In this document: piece by piece, positions 40,086-49,713 of the stretch
Numbering within the stretch: the first letter of the stretch is position 1
Layout of the letters: every line of letters starts with the position of its first letter
Origin: Patescibacteria group bacterium
GTDB lineage: Bacteria > Patescibacteriota > Minisyncoccia > UBA6257 > JACRHW01
Direction: 5' to 3'
NCBI GenBank assembly: GCA_028865725.1
Contig: JAGWJP010000004.1
Location: 5,567 to 69,566 of the forward strand
DNA length: 64,000 nucleotides
Notes under the pieces: generated by a model
What the model was told of the DNA's origin: nothing
Databases searched by the model: none
The model's input: the letters and a program-made list of their open reading frames with translations, nothing else
Position numbers and translations under genes: made by a program

Positions 40086-42038
40086 ATGAGTATATTACAT
40101 AATATGGACAACAAAACGCGCGCTGCCGTAACCGGAATTATTAGCATTACTTCAAAAGGAGTGGGATATGTGACCGTTGTCGACTTGCCGGACGATATTC
40201 AGATTGAACCCTCCTCACTCAATACCGCACTTCATGGAGACGAAGTGGAGGTGTTTGTGTTTCCCGCCCTTGAACAAGAGAAGCCAACAGGAGAGGTTAC
40301 CCGTATTGTGAAGCGCGAAAAAGTGCAATTCGTAGGGACTGTTGACAAGCGTGAAGGAGGCGCGGTTGCATTCGTATTACCCGATGATAAGCGTATGTAT
40401 AGCGATATCTTTTTGCCGCCTAAAGAATCAAGAAAAGTAAAGGGTGGGTACAAAGTACTCGTAGAGATCATAAAATGGGATGATCCGAAAAAGAATCCAG
40501 AAGGTCGCGTGGAAAAGCTCATCGGAAAAAAGGGGGAGAACAACGTAGAGATGGAGTCAATCGTTCTTGAGAAAGGGTTTGCGGTCGGGTTTCCCAAACC
40601 AGTCACACGAGAAGCAGACACGATAGGGCGCCATGCGACACCTATTTCTCAAAAAGAAAACACACGTCGTAGGGATTTTAGAAATGCGACGACATTTACC
40701 ATTGACCCTGAAGATGCCAAAGACTTTGACGATGCGCTGTCATTCAAAAGAAAAGCGGATGGTATGATTGAGGTAGGCATACATATTGCTGATGTCTCAT
40801 ATTATGTACGTCCGGGAACTGCTCTTGATAAGGAAGCACAGCGGAGAGGTGTGTCTATTTATCTTGTCGACAGGACGATTCCCATGCTTCCCGAAGTTCT
40901 TTCAAATGGCGTATGCAGCCTAAATCCCAATGAAGACAAGCTCACATTTTCAGCGGTGATTACACTTGCAGAGGACGGCACTGTGCATGAAGTATGGATG
41001 GGAAGGACGATCATAAATTCTAATAAGCGGTTTGTATACGAAGAAGCACAGCGCGTCCTTGATGCAGGCGCAGGACCGTATTACGAAGAACTGCACGCAC
41101 TGAATTCTTTAGCGCATATATTTACGAAACAGCGAAGCGCGATGGGTGCGCTTGATTTTGAACGTGAGGAAGTGAAATTTAAGCTAGATGCGAATGGTGT
41201 TCCGATTGCGGTGACGCAAAAACCGCGGCTCGATATTCATCGGCTTGTTGAGGAGTTTATGGTGCTTGCAAACAAAGAGGTTGCGTCTTACTTAAGCAAT
41301 GAGATACGGCGCATTCGCAAGGGCGCATCTTTATATCGGGTGCATGATGTGCCGAAAAAGGAATCGATGAACGAGCTTCTTTTTTTACTGCGTTCATTAG
41401 GGCATACCATCGAGGCAGAAGGAGGGCATGTTTCCTCCAAAGAATTGAATGCATTATTTGAACGCATCAAGGGGACTTCGGAGGAAGCCTTAATAAAAAC
41501 TGTAGCACTGCGCTCAATGGCGAAGGCGGTGTATTCCACCCGCAATATTGGTCACTATGGCTTGGCACTCGAAAACTATACGCACTTTACTTCACCGATT
41601 CGCCGTTACGCTGATCTCATTGTGCATCGGACTCTGCAGAAGCATCTGGACGGCGGACATCTTACTGATGAGGAGGTGGGTTGGTTGCACAGTTTTGCAG
41701 TAGCGCTCTCAGCTCGAGAAATGGATGCGGTTGATGCGGAGCGTACTTCGATTGCGTATAAACAAGTAGAATATATGAAAGAGAGGGTGGGTAATAGTTA
41801 TGAGGGCATAATTTCAGGTATTGCCAATTGGGGCGTCTATGTGGAAGAGAAAGAAACAATGGCAAGCGGGATGGTGAAGCTCAAGGATATGAGCGATGAT
41901 TTTTATGTGTTTGAAAAAGGAAAGTATTCGCTTGTCGGTACCCATACTCACAAGCGGTATGCGGTCGGGGATTGCGTGAAGATTAAGGTGGTGGGCGCCG
42001 ATCTTGAAAAGCGCACGCTTGATTTTGTGTTTGTATGA
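40086..42038 (+). CDS. rnr: Ribonuclease R
   Basis: TIDPEDAKDFDDA, HIADVS, EEFMVLAN, YTHFTSPIRRYADL, C-terminal S1. Confidence 0.96.
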   Translation: MSILHNMDNKTRAAVTGIISITSKGVGYVTVVDLPDDIQIEPSSLNTALHGDEVEVFVFPALEQEKPTGEVTRIVKREKVQFVGTVDKREGGAVAFVLPDDKRMYSDIFLPPKESRKVKGGYKVLVEIIKWDDPKKNPEGRVEKLIGKKGENNVEMESIVLEKGFAVGFPKPVTREADTIGRHATPISQKENTRRRDFRNATTFTIDPEDAKDFDDALSFKRKADGMIEVGIHIADVSYYVRPGTALDKEAQRRGVSIYLVDRTIPMLPEVLSNGVCSLNPNEDKLTFSAVITLAEDGTVHEVWMGRTIINSNKRFVYEEAQRVLDAGAGPYYEELHALNSLAHIFTKQRSAMGALDFEREEVKFKLDANGVPIAVTQKPRLDIHRLVEEFMVLANKEVASYLSNEIRRIRKGASLYRVHDVPKKESMNELLFLLRSLGHTIEAEGGHVSSKELNALFERIKGTSEEALIKTVALRSMAKAVYSTRNIGHYGLALENYTHFTSPIRRYADLIVHRTLQKHLDGGHLTDEEVGWLHSFAVALSAREMDAVDAERTSIAYKQVEYMKERVGNSYEGIISGIANWGVYVEEKETMASGMVKLKDMSDDFYVFEKGKYSLVGTHTHKRYAVGDCVKIKVVGADLEKRTLDFVFV

Positions 42039-42113
42039 AAGAGGAGTGTTGACATTTTGTTATAGGTATAATAATGTGATCTTGGCTCCATACACCAAAA
42101 GGAGGAAGCAAAA

Positions 42114-42443
42114 ATGCTCGAAACGCATGGGATGGAGTATGGAGAATTATTGCAGAAGACACGTACCGTCGTGAGTGAAGTTAATGTGAAAACACTATCT
42201 CCTGGCACTGTGGTTTATGTACGGACAGAATCCGGAAATGAATATCTTTTGGAAGTTGTGGATCCGAGTAGGGGCACTGCACATGTGGTGCGGAGGGCAG
42301 CACGCGGTGCTGCGCGGGCAGGATACCTTGGGGTACGCACCATTCTTGACCGCCTTGTTATTCATCAAAAGCTCTGGCACCAGAGTCCTCGTGGAATTTC
42401 AAACACAAGCCCTATTAACGCACTCGCGTTGATTGCACAATAG
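42114..42443 (+). CDS. Orphan hypothetical protein
   Basis: TTGACA at 42049, AAGGAGG at 42099, terminator after. Confidence 0.65.
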   Translation: MLETHGMEYGELLQKTRTVVSEVNVKTLSPGTVVYVRTESGNEYLLEVVDPSRGTAHVVRRAARGAARAGYLGVRTILDRLVIHQKLWHQSPRGISNTSPINALALIAQ

Positions 42444-42451
42444 CATGAGCG

Positions 42452-42477
42452 AAGTCACCCTCTGCGGTGGCTTTTTT
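42452..42477 (+). terminator. Rho-independent terminator (+)
   Basis: AAGTCACC-N6-GGTGGCTT + T. Confidence 0.75.
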
Positions 42478-42485
42478 ATAATAAT

Positions 42486-42512
42486 AAAAAACCCTCGTGA
42501 ATATTCGAGGGT
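42486..42512 (-). terminator. Rho-independent terminator (-)
   Basis: A-run then ACCCTCG-N8-CGAGGGT, downstream of the minus-strand phosphatase gene. Confidence 0.75.
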
Positions 42513-42529
42513 GGCTGGGAGGCGCCTAT

Positions 42530-43336
42530 CTATATGTTATCAACCGTACGTTGCACTGCTTCTGCAAGCGACAGGAGGTCTTCATTTGAATAACGAATAC
42601 GCACAATAGGCTTCCAATCGCTGACCCACACGGGATTTTCTGTGGGGCGGATGATGCGCACCCATCCCATATGGGGCAGGAGAATCTTGGTTGCAGGATC
42701 GCGCCGCGTATAGTGTAGGATCTGGCAATTGTAGATTTTACTGCTTCGTTCGCGAGAACGTACCGTGCGGCGAAATTGTTCTTGCGACCAGCGCTCCAAG
42801 CGCATCTGGCCAGCACGCATGGTTTCTCCATGAGTCACTGCGATGACTCGTTGATTGCTGCACTCTCGATGAAGCGTATCAAGAAATCGATCAAAGCGCA
42901 GACATACGTCCGCGAGAGATTCTCCGTTTCGCGGACGCCACAAAAATGGATCCGCCTCTCTTCGTTTAAACAGGTCGGCGAAATATTGCTGCTGTTCATC
43001 TTGAGAAAAAATATCAAGATCACCCCAACTGCGCTCGATGAGATAAGGATCGGGGAACCAGGATGCACCAGAGAGACCAAGGTTTCCTGCAGTTTCCATG
43101 GCACGAATATGCGTTGAGGTAACATAACGATCAAACGAACCAAGGTGTTCATGAATCCATACTCCTGTTCGTTGCGCTTGTATGATTCCTTGGGTAGTAA
43201 GGCGAAAACTTGAGGAGTGGCGGCTGCGAAATTCTTCTGTAAAGGCGCTATGATCGCCTTGTTCCGAACGGCGTTTCGCCACATTTCCTTCTGACTGCCC
43301 GTGACGCACGAGTACGAGATCGATGGGAAGTGCCAT
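42530..43336 (-). CDS. Histidine phosphatase (phosphoglycerate mutase family)
   Basis: LVRHGQSEGN, RAMETA, E...G, GES, VTHG; AGGAGG SD. Confidence 0.9.
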   Translation of the reverse strand: MALPIDLVLVRHGQSEGNVAKRRSEQGDHSAFTEEFRSRHSSSFRLTTQGIIQAQRTGVWIHEHLGSFDRYVTSTHIRAMETAGNLGLSGASWFPDPYLIERSWGDLDIFSQDEQQQYFADLFKRREADPFLWRPRNGESLADVCLRFDRFLDTLHRECSNQRVIAVTHGETMRAGQMRLERWSQEQFRRTVRSRERSSKIYNCQILHYTRRDPATKILLPHMGWVRIIRPTENPVWVSDWKPIVRIRYSNEDLLSLAEAVQRTVDNI

Positions 43337-43465
43337 CGCCCTATCCTCCTTTTTAAGATCTGCATAGAACATAGTGCATTCTATGCTATTTGTCCAGTTG
43401 AATTTGACGTGTTAAGAACTATATGATAATCTCTATAGAGAGAAAGAAGTGAGGAGCGTATTGTA

Positions 43466-43669
43466 ATGGACGGTGTTGCAACCCCTCTTTTTATTTTTGA
43501 GACAGTAGTAACATTTTTTGTTTTGATTGTGCTCGTAGTGACCGTAGTCGATGATTGGATACATCGCCCGGAGAAACGGCGTGGATTGTTTTTTTGTCTT
43601 ACGATAAGCGCGATAATTTGCACTCTCCTCTTTGGTTTTGAAGCGCGGCAGTGTTGCACGTTCGTGTAG
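43466..43669 (+). CDS. Small 2-TM orphan protein
   Basis: GAGGAG SD, two hydrophobic helices. Confidence 0.5.
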   Translation: MDGVATPLFIFETVVTFFVLIVLVVTVVDDWIHRPEKRRGLFFCLTISAIICTLLFGFEARQCCTFV

Positions 43670-43681
43670 GGAGGTGATGGA

Positions 43682-43867
43682 ATGAAGATAAATGAAGAAC
43701 GTCTTTCAAGGTGGGGAAGTATTCTTGTAATTCTTGCCATAGTTCTGATATTCATCGTTGTTTTGTCGGGTTCCTATTTTCATATTATTACTGGGAATAC
43801 TGAAATCTTTGTTCTCTGTTTGATGCGGGTTTTTTCTTTTCCGTGGTATACTTTTCGTAATCGATAG
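43682..43867 (+). CDS. Small membrane orphan protein
   Basis: GGAGGTG SD, hydrophobic helices. Confidence 0.5.
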   Translation: MKINEERLSRWGSILVILAIVLIFIVVLSGSYFHIITGNTEIFVLCLMRVFSFPWYTFRNR

Positions 43868-43879
43868 CTGTTTTTATGT

Positions 43880-44797
43880 ATGAATAATGACCCTACTGAT
43901 GTTTCCGGTGCGGAGACGCGAACATATGATGGTGCTGAGTCGAATACGATGACTTCTAAGTCGCGCATGTATGTGTATGCCACCGAGATGGTGGCGGAGT
44001 ATTATGCTCGACTTGATCTTAAGGATAAATCCATACTCACTGTTGTTGGATCGGGGGATCAGATTATTAATGCATATTTTTTTGGTGCAAAAGAGGTGAT
44101 TGGGTTTGACATTAATACGCGCGCTCCCCTGTTTGCGGATTTAAAGATAAACGCACTTAGGGAGCTTTCGTATGAGGAGTTCTTAAGTTTTTTTGGACAC
44201 ACATTTTCTGATGGTATGTTTGATGAAGCGCTCTACATTCGTTTTCGTGATGCGCTGCGGGTCGAGACACAAGAATTTTTCGATGCGTGTTACGCAACCA
44301 TGAAAGGAAGCGAATTTTTGTCATCGGAGTTCTTTCGACAGCGTTCAGTCCTTACCATTTCACCCACAACGGTAAATGCATATTTACGTGATGAGGCGGC
44401 ATATGGCACCACAAAGCGGGCCCTTCTTGTTCACGAGCCTCGTTGCGTAGCGTGTGAGATTCAAGACCTCCCCGCATGTTTTAGGGGGAAGACATTTGAT
44501 ATGATTAATATTTCAAATATTCCAAATTATTTCGTAAGAAAATCAGAAGAACGCGTAAAAGAATTTTTGTCTGTGCTTCGCGCCTTACACACGTTGCTTG
44601 CGCCACGTGGCTTCATCTTTTTCTATACCTATTCTCCTCTTTCGTACGATGAAGGCACTTTGCCACTTGCATCACGCGATATTACGCTTCAGCGCATCAG
44701 AGATATGGATCGTTTCGATATGAGTGAGTATTCATTTTCGTCCCTTATCGTAAGTGGGGATAAAGACAAAATTATTGTATTAAAAAAACGAGTTTAG
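43880..44797 (+). CDS. DUF3419/BtaA-like SAM-dependent transferase
   Basis: TE..., LTV.GSGDQ.IN, FDIN......LK.A, FD.I..SNI. Confidence 0.7.
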   Translation: MNNDPTDVSGAETRTYDGAESNTMTSKSRMYVYATEMVAEYYARLDLKDKSILTVVGSGDQIINAYFFGAKEVIGFDINTRAPLFADLKINALRELSYEEFLSFFGHTFSDGMFDEALYIRFRDALRVETQEFFDACYATMKGSEFLSSEFFRQRSVLTISPTTVNAYLRDEAAYGTTKRALLVHEPRCVACEIQDLPACFRGKTFDMINISNIPNYFVRKSEERVKEFLSVLRALHTLLAPRGFIFFYTYSPLSYDEGTLPLASRDITLQRIRDMDRFDMSEYSFSSLIVSGDKDKIIVLKKRV

Positions 44798-44882
44798 CGC
44801 TTTTATAGCGCTCCCGCCGTTCATGGATGGACGTTCAATGTGATACAATGAGTGCATTGTCAGAGTATTATTTTTTCGAGTT

Positions 44883-46127
44883 ATGTTTGAGACGGCTGCT
44901 ATTTTATTGACTGCCGCGGCAATTTTTTCGTATATTAACGTGAAATATTTGCGGCTTTCCGATTCCGTAGGACTTACTATCCTTTCGATGGCGTTTTCAT
45001 TTCTCTTGGTGATCTGGGGGCGGCTTGGGTTTGAACATATTCAGAGCCAGGCGCTTGCATTTGTTTCGGGGATTAATTTTAGCCAAACATTTTTGGTGGG
45101 CATGCTGGGATATCTCCTCTTCGCGGGCGCATTGCAGATTGATGTGAATGAGTTGTGGGATAATCGGTTCGAGATCGGCGTATTTTCGACGTTTGGTGTC
45201 CTGGCGTCAACGCTTCTTGTGGGACTCTTTACGCATAGCGTGTTGCGAGGGCTGGGGATAGAGATGAGCCTCGTATATTGTTTTCTTTTTGGCGCGCTGA
45301 TTTCTCCCACCGATCCCATTCTCGTCCTTGCTGTTTTGAAATCGGTAGGAGCGCGACGCGGCTTGCAGGCAAAGATTGCGGGCGAGGCATTGTTTAATGA
45401 TGGCGTCGGTATCGTGGTGTTTCTTCTTATCGCGGGCATTGCACAAGGAGGAAGCATAAGCCTGGGGAGCGCGACTGGGCTTTTTCTTGCGGAATCGTTG
45501 GGAGGATTTGTGCTCGGGTTTTTAGCGGGCTATATTGGTCTTCATTTTTTGAATCAAGTCGCGAATTATAAAGTCGAAGTATTGATTACGCTCGCGCTTG
45601 TCACAAGCGGGTACGCGCTCGCCTCGTGGCTTCATATTTCGGGAGCAATCGCCATGATTACCGCAGGATTGCTGATCGGGAATCGCGGCCGGTTTTTTGC
45701 GATGTCCGATGAAGCGCGTCATAATTTGCGCAATTTTTGGGATCTTATTGATGACATGTTGAACTCTCTTCTTTTCGTAATTATTGGGCTTGAGCTCGTA
45801 GTGATTCCTATTTCCGCACAGTATGCTCTCGCAGGCGCATGCGCCATCGCGGTCGTGCTTGCAGCGCGGTGGATGAGCATCGCATTTCCTGTTTCTCTGT
45901 TTAGAATAGCTGGAAGAGCGGTGGGAGAGGGAACGACGCGCATTATGACGTGGGGAGGTTTGCGCGGCGGTATTCCTGTTGCGCTCGCGTTATCGCTCCA
46001 GGCTACGCCGGAGCGAAACCTTATTTTAACGATGACGTATATCGTCGTTGCGTTTTCTATTATTGTTCAAGGCTCCACCATTCGGAGATTTGTCGCATCA
46101 ATTTATCAACATACACCACTCTCATGA
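44883..46127 (+). CDS. nhaP: Na+/H+ antiporter, CPA1/NhaP family
   Basis: LFGALISPTDP, GEALFNDG, WGGLRGG. Confidence 0.9.
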   Translation: MFETAAILLTAAAIFSYINVKYLRLSDSVGLTILSMAFSFLLVIWGRLGFEHIQSQALAFVSGINFSQTFLVGMLGYLLFAGALQIDVNELWDNRFEIGVFSTFGVLASTLLVGLFTHSVLRGLGIEMSLVYCFLFGALISPTDPILVLAVLKSVGARRGLQAKIAGEALFNDGVGIVVFLLIAGIAQGGSISLGSATGLFLAESLGGFVLGFLAGYIGLHFLNQVANYKVEVLITLALVTSGYALASWLHISGAIAMITAGLLIGNRGRFFAMSDEARHNLRNFWDLIDDMLNSLLFVIIGLELVVIPISAQYALAGACAIAVVLAARWMSIAFPVSLFRIAGRAVGEGTTRIMTWGGLRGGIPVALALSLQATPERNLILTMTYIVVAFSIIVQGSTIRRFVASIYQHTPLS

Positions 46128-47005
46128 ATCAACACGATCACGAGATAAAAAACATTCGCACAAAAGCGCTTCTTTTGTGCCCCGACAACGATGCTGAGGC
46201 CCATATGATTTTACTCCTCGCCGAGAAGGCGGGGATTGAGACCATTCGTTCTTCTCAGCCGCATGGCGCACGCCTTGAGTTTGAGGAGGACGTGGAAGAG
46301 AAGGTTCGCGCGACGGGAAAAAATAGGTTGTGGATTGTCGAGATTCCAGGACCCGATACGGAGCGCAGATTAAAAGATCATGGGATTCAAATTACGATTA
46401 TTGATCACCATACGTATGGAAGTCTCGATCGTTTATCGGATCCCATATCAGGTAAGAAGAAACCAAGTTCGCTTGAACAATTTTTGGAGGTGGCGCATAT
46501 CGAAGATCGGGAAATGAAGGAATGGGGTTTTGATCCATATCTTGTGCGTGGGATAGGCATTATGGACGCACGTTTTATCGAGGGGCTCCGAGAAGAAGGG
46601 TACACCCGTGATGAAATAAAACACACATTGCGTTTCAGCGAGAAGCTTATTCAGGAGGTGAATCCGCTTTGGAAACATACCATGGCGCGTGCAGAAGAAG
46701 AGTGGGGCCGTCGCACCAGGGAGGGGTCTTATCTGGTGATACGTTCTCAGTACGGAGGAGAGATACGAGGAGCGCTTTCGTACTGTGCTGCGGCAGATAA
46801 TCAGGATACGGTTCCCACGATTATTAGTGTGGATAATGGCGAAGGAATCAGTGTGCAGAACATTTCTTTTTCTATCGTTGAACGCCTGAAGCGTGCGTTC
46901 CCCGAAGCGAGTTACACATTTGGCTCAGGACGGTGCTGGGGGGTTAGCAATAGAAATCGAGAAGTAAAAGTGACTATTAACGATATTTTGTGTGCCTTAC
47001 TGTAG
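46124..47005 (+). CDS. DHH-like phosphoesterase (NrN-like)
   Basis: ND.E, VEI, IIDHH, SSLEQ, D..FI.G, G....EI motifs; ATGA overlap with nhaP. Confidence 0.6.
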   Translation: MNQHDHEIKNIRTKALLLCPDNDAEAHMILLLAEKAGIETIRSSQPHGARLEFEEDVEEKVRATGKNRLWIVEIPGPDTERRLKDHGIQITIIDHHTYGSLDRLSDPISGKKKPSSLEQFLEVAHIEDREMKEWGFDPYLVRGIGIMDARFIEGLREEGYTRDEIKHTLRFSEKLIQEVNPLWKHTMARAEEEWGRRTREGSYLVIRSQYGGEIRGALSYCAAADNQDTVPTIISVDNGEGISVQNISFSIVERLKRAFPEASYTFGSGRCWGVSNRNREVKVTINDILCALL

Positions 47006-47087
47006 CGCGCACTTTTCTTACAAAGAAGAAGAGTTTTCCACATTTCTTGAGGGAGTTTGCTCAAGAAATGTGGTAGACTAGAACTAT

Positions 47088-47516
47088 ATGGAAAATAAAC
47101 ACACGCGGATATTACGCGAACTTGCAAAATTTTTTTCAGGGGTAGTGGTTTCTGATATTCTCGTAGGATTATGGATAGGATCCGGAGGGGTGGGCGCACA
47201 ACAGTTTTTGGGTATCTCGTTTACTCCCACGGGTATTATAGGGGGAATTGTGTTTGACTTGTTGGTACTGGTCCTGCTGGTACACTACGCATGGGGTGTG
47301 GAGTTGCCGCTTTCACAATCAAAGAAATCATTTTTTATGCTTGGTGGATTTATATTTTTAGCAGTAGCCTTGCTTCACTTGTGGCGTCTGGTTCTTGCGG
47401 TTCCTGTGGAGATCGGCTCACTTACGCTTCCGTTTTGGTTGAGTGGGGTAGGATTTGTCGTAGCGGGTTTTTTGAGTTATACCAGTTTTCATTTTGCGCG
47501 CGTTACGCGCCAGTAG
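47088..47516 (+). CDS. 4-TM membrane protein
   Basis: Four hydrophobic helices; TG-n-TAGACT 8 nt before the ATG. Confidence 0.75.
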   Translation: MENKHTRILRELAKFFSGVVVSDILVGLWIGSGGVGAQQFLGISFTPTGIIGGIVFDLLVLVLLVHYAWGVELPLSQSKKSFFMLGGFIFLAVALLHLWRLVLAVPVEIGSLTLPFWLSGVGFVVAGFLSYTSFHFARVTRQ

Positions 47517-47522
47517 ACATCT

Positions 47523-47918
47523 ATGAAGGGATACGTTGCGAACATAGAACAGGAGTCATTGGAGAATGAAAATTTTAGACGCGTGTTATATACTGCTCCG
47601 CACTGCCAGCTTGTAGTAATGAGTTTGAAACCGCAGGAGGATATTGGGTCTGAGGTGCATCATCTTGATCAGTTTATACGCTGCGAAGCAGGAGAGGGGA
47701 AGGCGGTATTGAATGATATCGAGCATGAGATACGCGAAGGATTCGTCGTGATCGTACCGGCAGGAACCAAACATAATATCGTCAATACCTCAACTACCGC
47801 AGCGATGAAATTGTATACGCTTTACGCACCGCCGAATCATCGTGACGGAGTTGTGCATACCACAAAAGCAGATGCTGAAGCCGATCATGAACATTTTGAC
47901 GGCGTGACGACCGAATAA
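47523..47918 (+). CDS. Cupin domain protein
   Basis: QLVVMSL...EDIG.EVH..DQF, VPAG..HN, KLYTLYAPP.H. Confidence 0.92.
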   Translation: MKGYVANIEQESLENENFRRVLYTAPHCQLVVMSLKPQEDIGSEVHHLDQFIRCEAGEGKAVLNDIEHEIREGFVVIVPAGTKHNIVNTSTTAAMKLYTLYAPPNHRDGVVHTTKADAEADHEHFDGVTTE

Positions 47919-47934
47919 TTCTCCGCTGTAATTT

Positions 47935-48342
47935 ATGCACCTTCCTCGTTACGCGTCTCTCATTATTATTTTTTCAAGTATCGGCGTCCTCGATACGCTC
48001 TATTTGTCGTATCACGCAATTACCAAAACGCCTGTGGCGTGTTGGTTTTTTCCCGATGCATGGTGTAGGGCCGTTCAGTTTAGCAAACAGAGTAAGATAG
48101 TGGGGATTCCCAACGCCTTTCTCGGTCTTGGCATGAACGTTGCCATCTTGCTTCTTCTTGCGGGGTATTTGAAAGAGATGTTTCCTTTCTGGCCGGTGCA
48201 AGCCGTGGTGATGATAGGATTTTTATTCTCGTGTTACTTTATCTATATACAGGCGGCAGTACTTAAGGCGTTCTGTACGTGGTGCGTGCTCTCTGCATTT
48301 AATTTTTTTATTTTGTTCGGATCTGTCTATTTTTGGCGTTAG
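47935..48342 (+). CDS. Vitamin K epoxide reductase (VKOR) family protein
   Basis: C-x7-C..V..S, GIP.A..G, FCTWC (CxxC). Confidence 0.9.
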   Translation: MHLPRYASLIIIFSSIGVLDTLYLSYHAITKTPVACWFFPDAWCRAVQFSKQSKIVGIPNAFLGLGMNVAILLLLAGYLKEMFPFWPVQAVVMIGFLFSCYFIYIQAAVLKAFCTWCVLSAFNFFILFGSVYFWR

Positions 48343-48351
48343 GAATAATTT

Positions 48352-48615
48352 ATGATGTCGCAACATACCGTAACGCTCACGTGGTGGCACATCGCGATGA
48401 TCACGCTCTCTGTCTTATCGATCGGAATTGCCATAGGAGCCTTTTTTTCGCGAACACTATTTTCGTATACACTCTCATTTGTAAGTTTTGGGGTTGTTTT
48501 GGGAGGGTATTCCCTAATCAAGCTCCTTAAAAGAGGGCCCAAGAAGGAGCTTGACTTTAAATGTGAGATATGCTATACTATACCCAAGAATGAAGAAAGG
48601 AGGTCTTTCAAATGA
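48352..48615 (+). CDS. Small 2-TM membrane protein
   Basis: Two TM helices; 3' end runs across a downstream promoter. Confidence 0.5.
   Translation: MMSQHTVTLTWWHIAMITLSVLSIGIAIGAFFSRTLFSYTLSFVSFGVVLGGYSLIKLLKRGPKKELDFKCEICYTIPKNEERRSFK
48551..48579 (+). promoter_or_regulatory. Near-consensus sigma70 promoter with extended -10
   Basis: TTGACT-N17-TATACT with TG at 48571. Confidence 0.8.
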
Positions 48616-48689
48616 TCGTGATGATTTGGAAGAACCGAGGGTGGCGGAACATGCCCGTCGACACCCTCCAGGCCTTCCTCCGCAAGTGA
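48612..48689 (+). CDS. Putative 25-aa small protein MIVMIWKNRGWRNMPVDTLQAFLRK (or a structured RNA)
   Basis: AAAGGAGGT SD, own promoter and terminator; below the ORF-track length cutoff. Confidence 0.6.
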   Translation: MIVMIWKNRGWRNMPVDTLQAFLRK

Positions 48690-48696
48690 GGAGGGC

Positions 48697-48722
48697 AAGC
48701 CCCCGCGGAGCGGGGGCTTTTT
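48697..48722 (+). terminator. Strong intrinsic terminator
   Basis: AAGCCCCCGC-GGA-GCGGGGGCTT + T. Confidence 0.9.
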
Positions 48723-48820
48723 AATTTCTATAAAAACTTCTTTTGATTGTGTTGAAGAATAGATTTGCTAAAAAAACCACGATATGACGATCGTGGTGTT
48801 GTGCGAAATAGTTTTTGTTT

Positions 48821-49543
48821 TTACGGATTTGCGGCGTGAAGAACAGGATGAATTCCTTGAGAAAGAAGCGCTTGAATAAGGGCGACGTTCGGTGTCGCGT
48901 TACGAACCATAAATCCGTTGCTCCTGAAAACATATTCGCCTTGAAGCATCCCGGTTACGAACCCGTCCGTGCTAAACACAGGCGCCCCAGAACATCCGCT
49001 TACTGTAAAATTGGTAATCAGATCCCGCCACACATGATGCGAAGGATACCACACGCATGCCAAGAAGTTTCCTATGATTACCGGATTTTTGTGTTGTGCC
49101 TCATAGCGGTTTATGATGAACAAGGGATCGGTAAATTGGGGAGGGGTACGTTCGATTTCCGATGCATTCAAGGGATAATGCTCTGTACTTGAGAGAATCG
49201 CGATATTATTAGGCTCATCATACGATCTTAGGATAAAACTGTATTGCGTCGCGGGGTCGAATGAAACAGGACCTACGCACCAGATATTCGTCAGGGGCTT
49301 ATGCGTCCTGTCATCGAGAACGCAATGTGCGGCGGTGATCGCAATCGTACCTGGATAATCTGTTTTTACCACCCACGCACTCCCGACCCAATAAGAGAGA
49401 TTGCGCAATCGATAGGTTCGGCTTTCAAGAAATCGTCTCCATCCTGCGTAGGGATCTTGCGTGATATTGTCGCTCGCAAACGTGGCGTAGGATATGGCAA
49501 TGACAAAAAAATAGAGCAGGACACCCATGCTGATTCGTTTCAT
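48821..49543 (-). CDS. Secreted trypsin-like serine protease domain protein
   Basis: Signal peptide, ITAAHCV, GCSGAPVF...G.V.G; AAGGAG SD. Confidence 0.8.
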   Translation of the reverse strand: MKRISMGVLLYFFVIAISYATFASDNITQDPYAGWRRFLESRTYRLRNLSYWVGSAWVVKTDYPGTIAITAAHCVLDDRTHKPLTNIWCVGPVSFDPATQYSFILRSYDEPNNIAILSSTEHYPLNASEIERTPPQFTDPLFIINRYEAQHKNPVIIGNFLACVWYPSHHVWRDLITNFTVSGCSGAPVFSTDGFVTGMLQGEYVFRSNGFMVRNATPNVALIQALLSQGIHPVLHAANP

Positions 49544-49713
49544 TTCGTATGCTCCTTTTATGATATCAAGGTTCCTTGAAAGTATAAAAAAGAAATTGCA
49601 CGGAAGCAAGTTCTGCATAATTATATTCTTGCATGAAAAAAATGTCGGTTTTATACTATAGAAAAAGATGTGTAATAAATTTTTAACCAATTAAATAATC
49701 ATTTATCAACCAT

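Noticed and set aside
42049-43430. Apparent TTGAC-N12-TATAAT/TATGAT short-spacer promoters at 42049 and 43404
   Set aside because: Only two cases, and alternative -10 hexamers at 15-17 nt spacing exist; too little to claim a new promoter class
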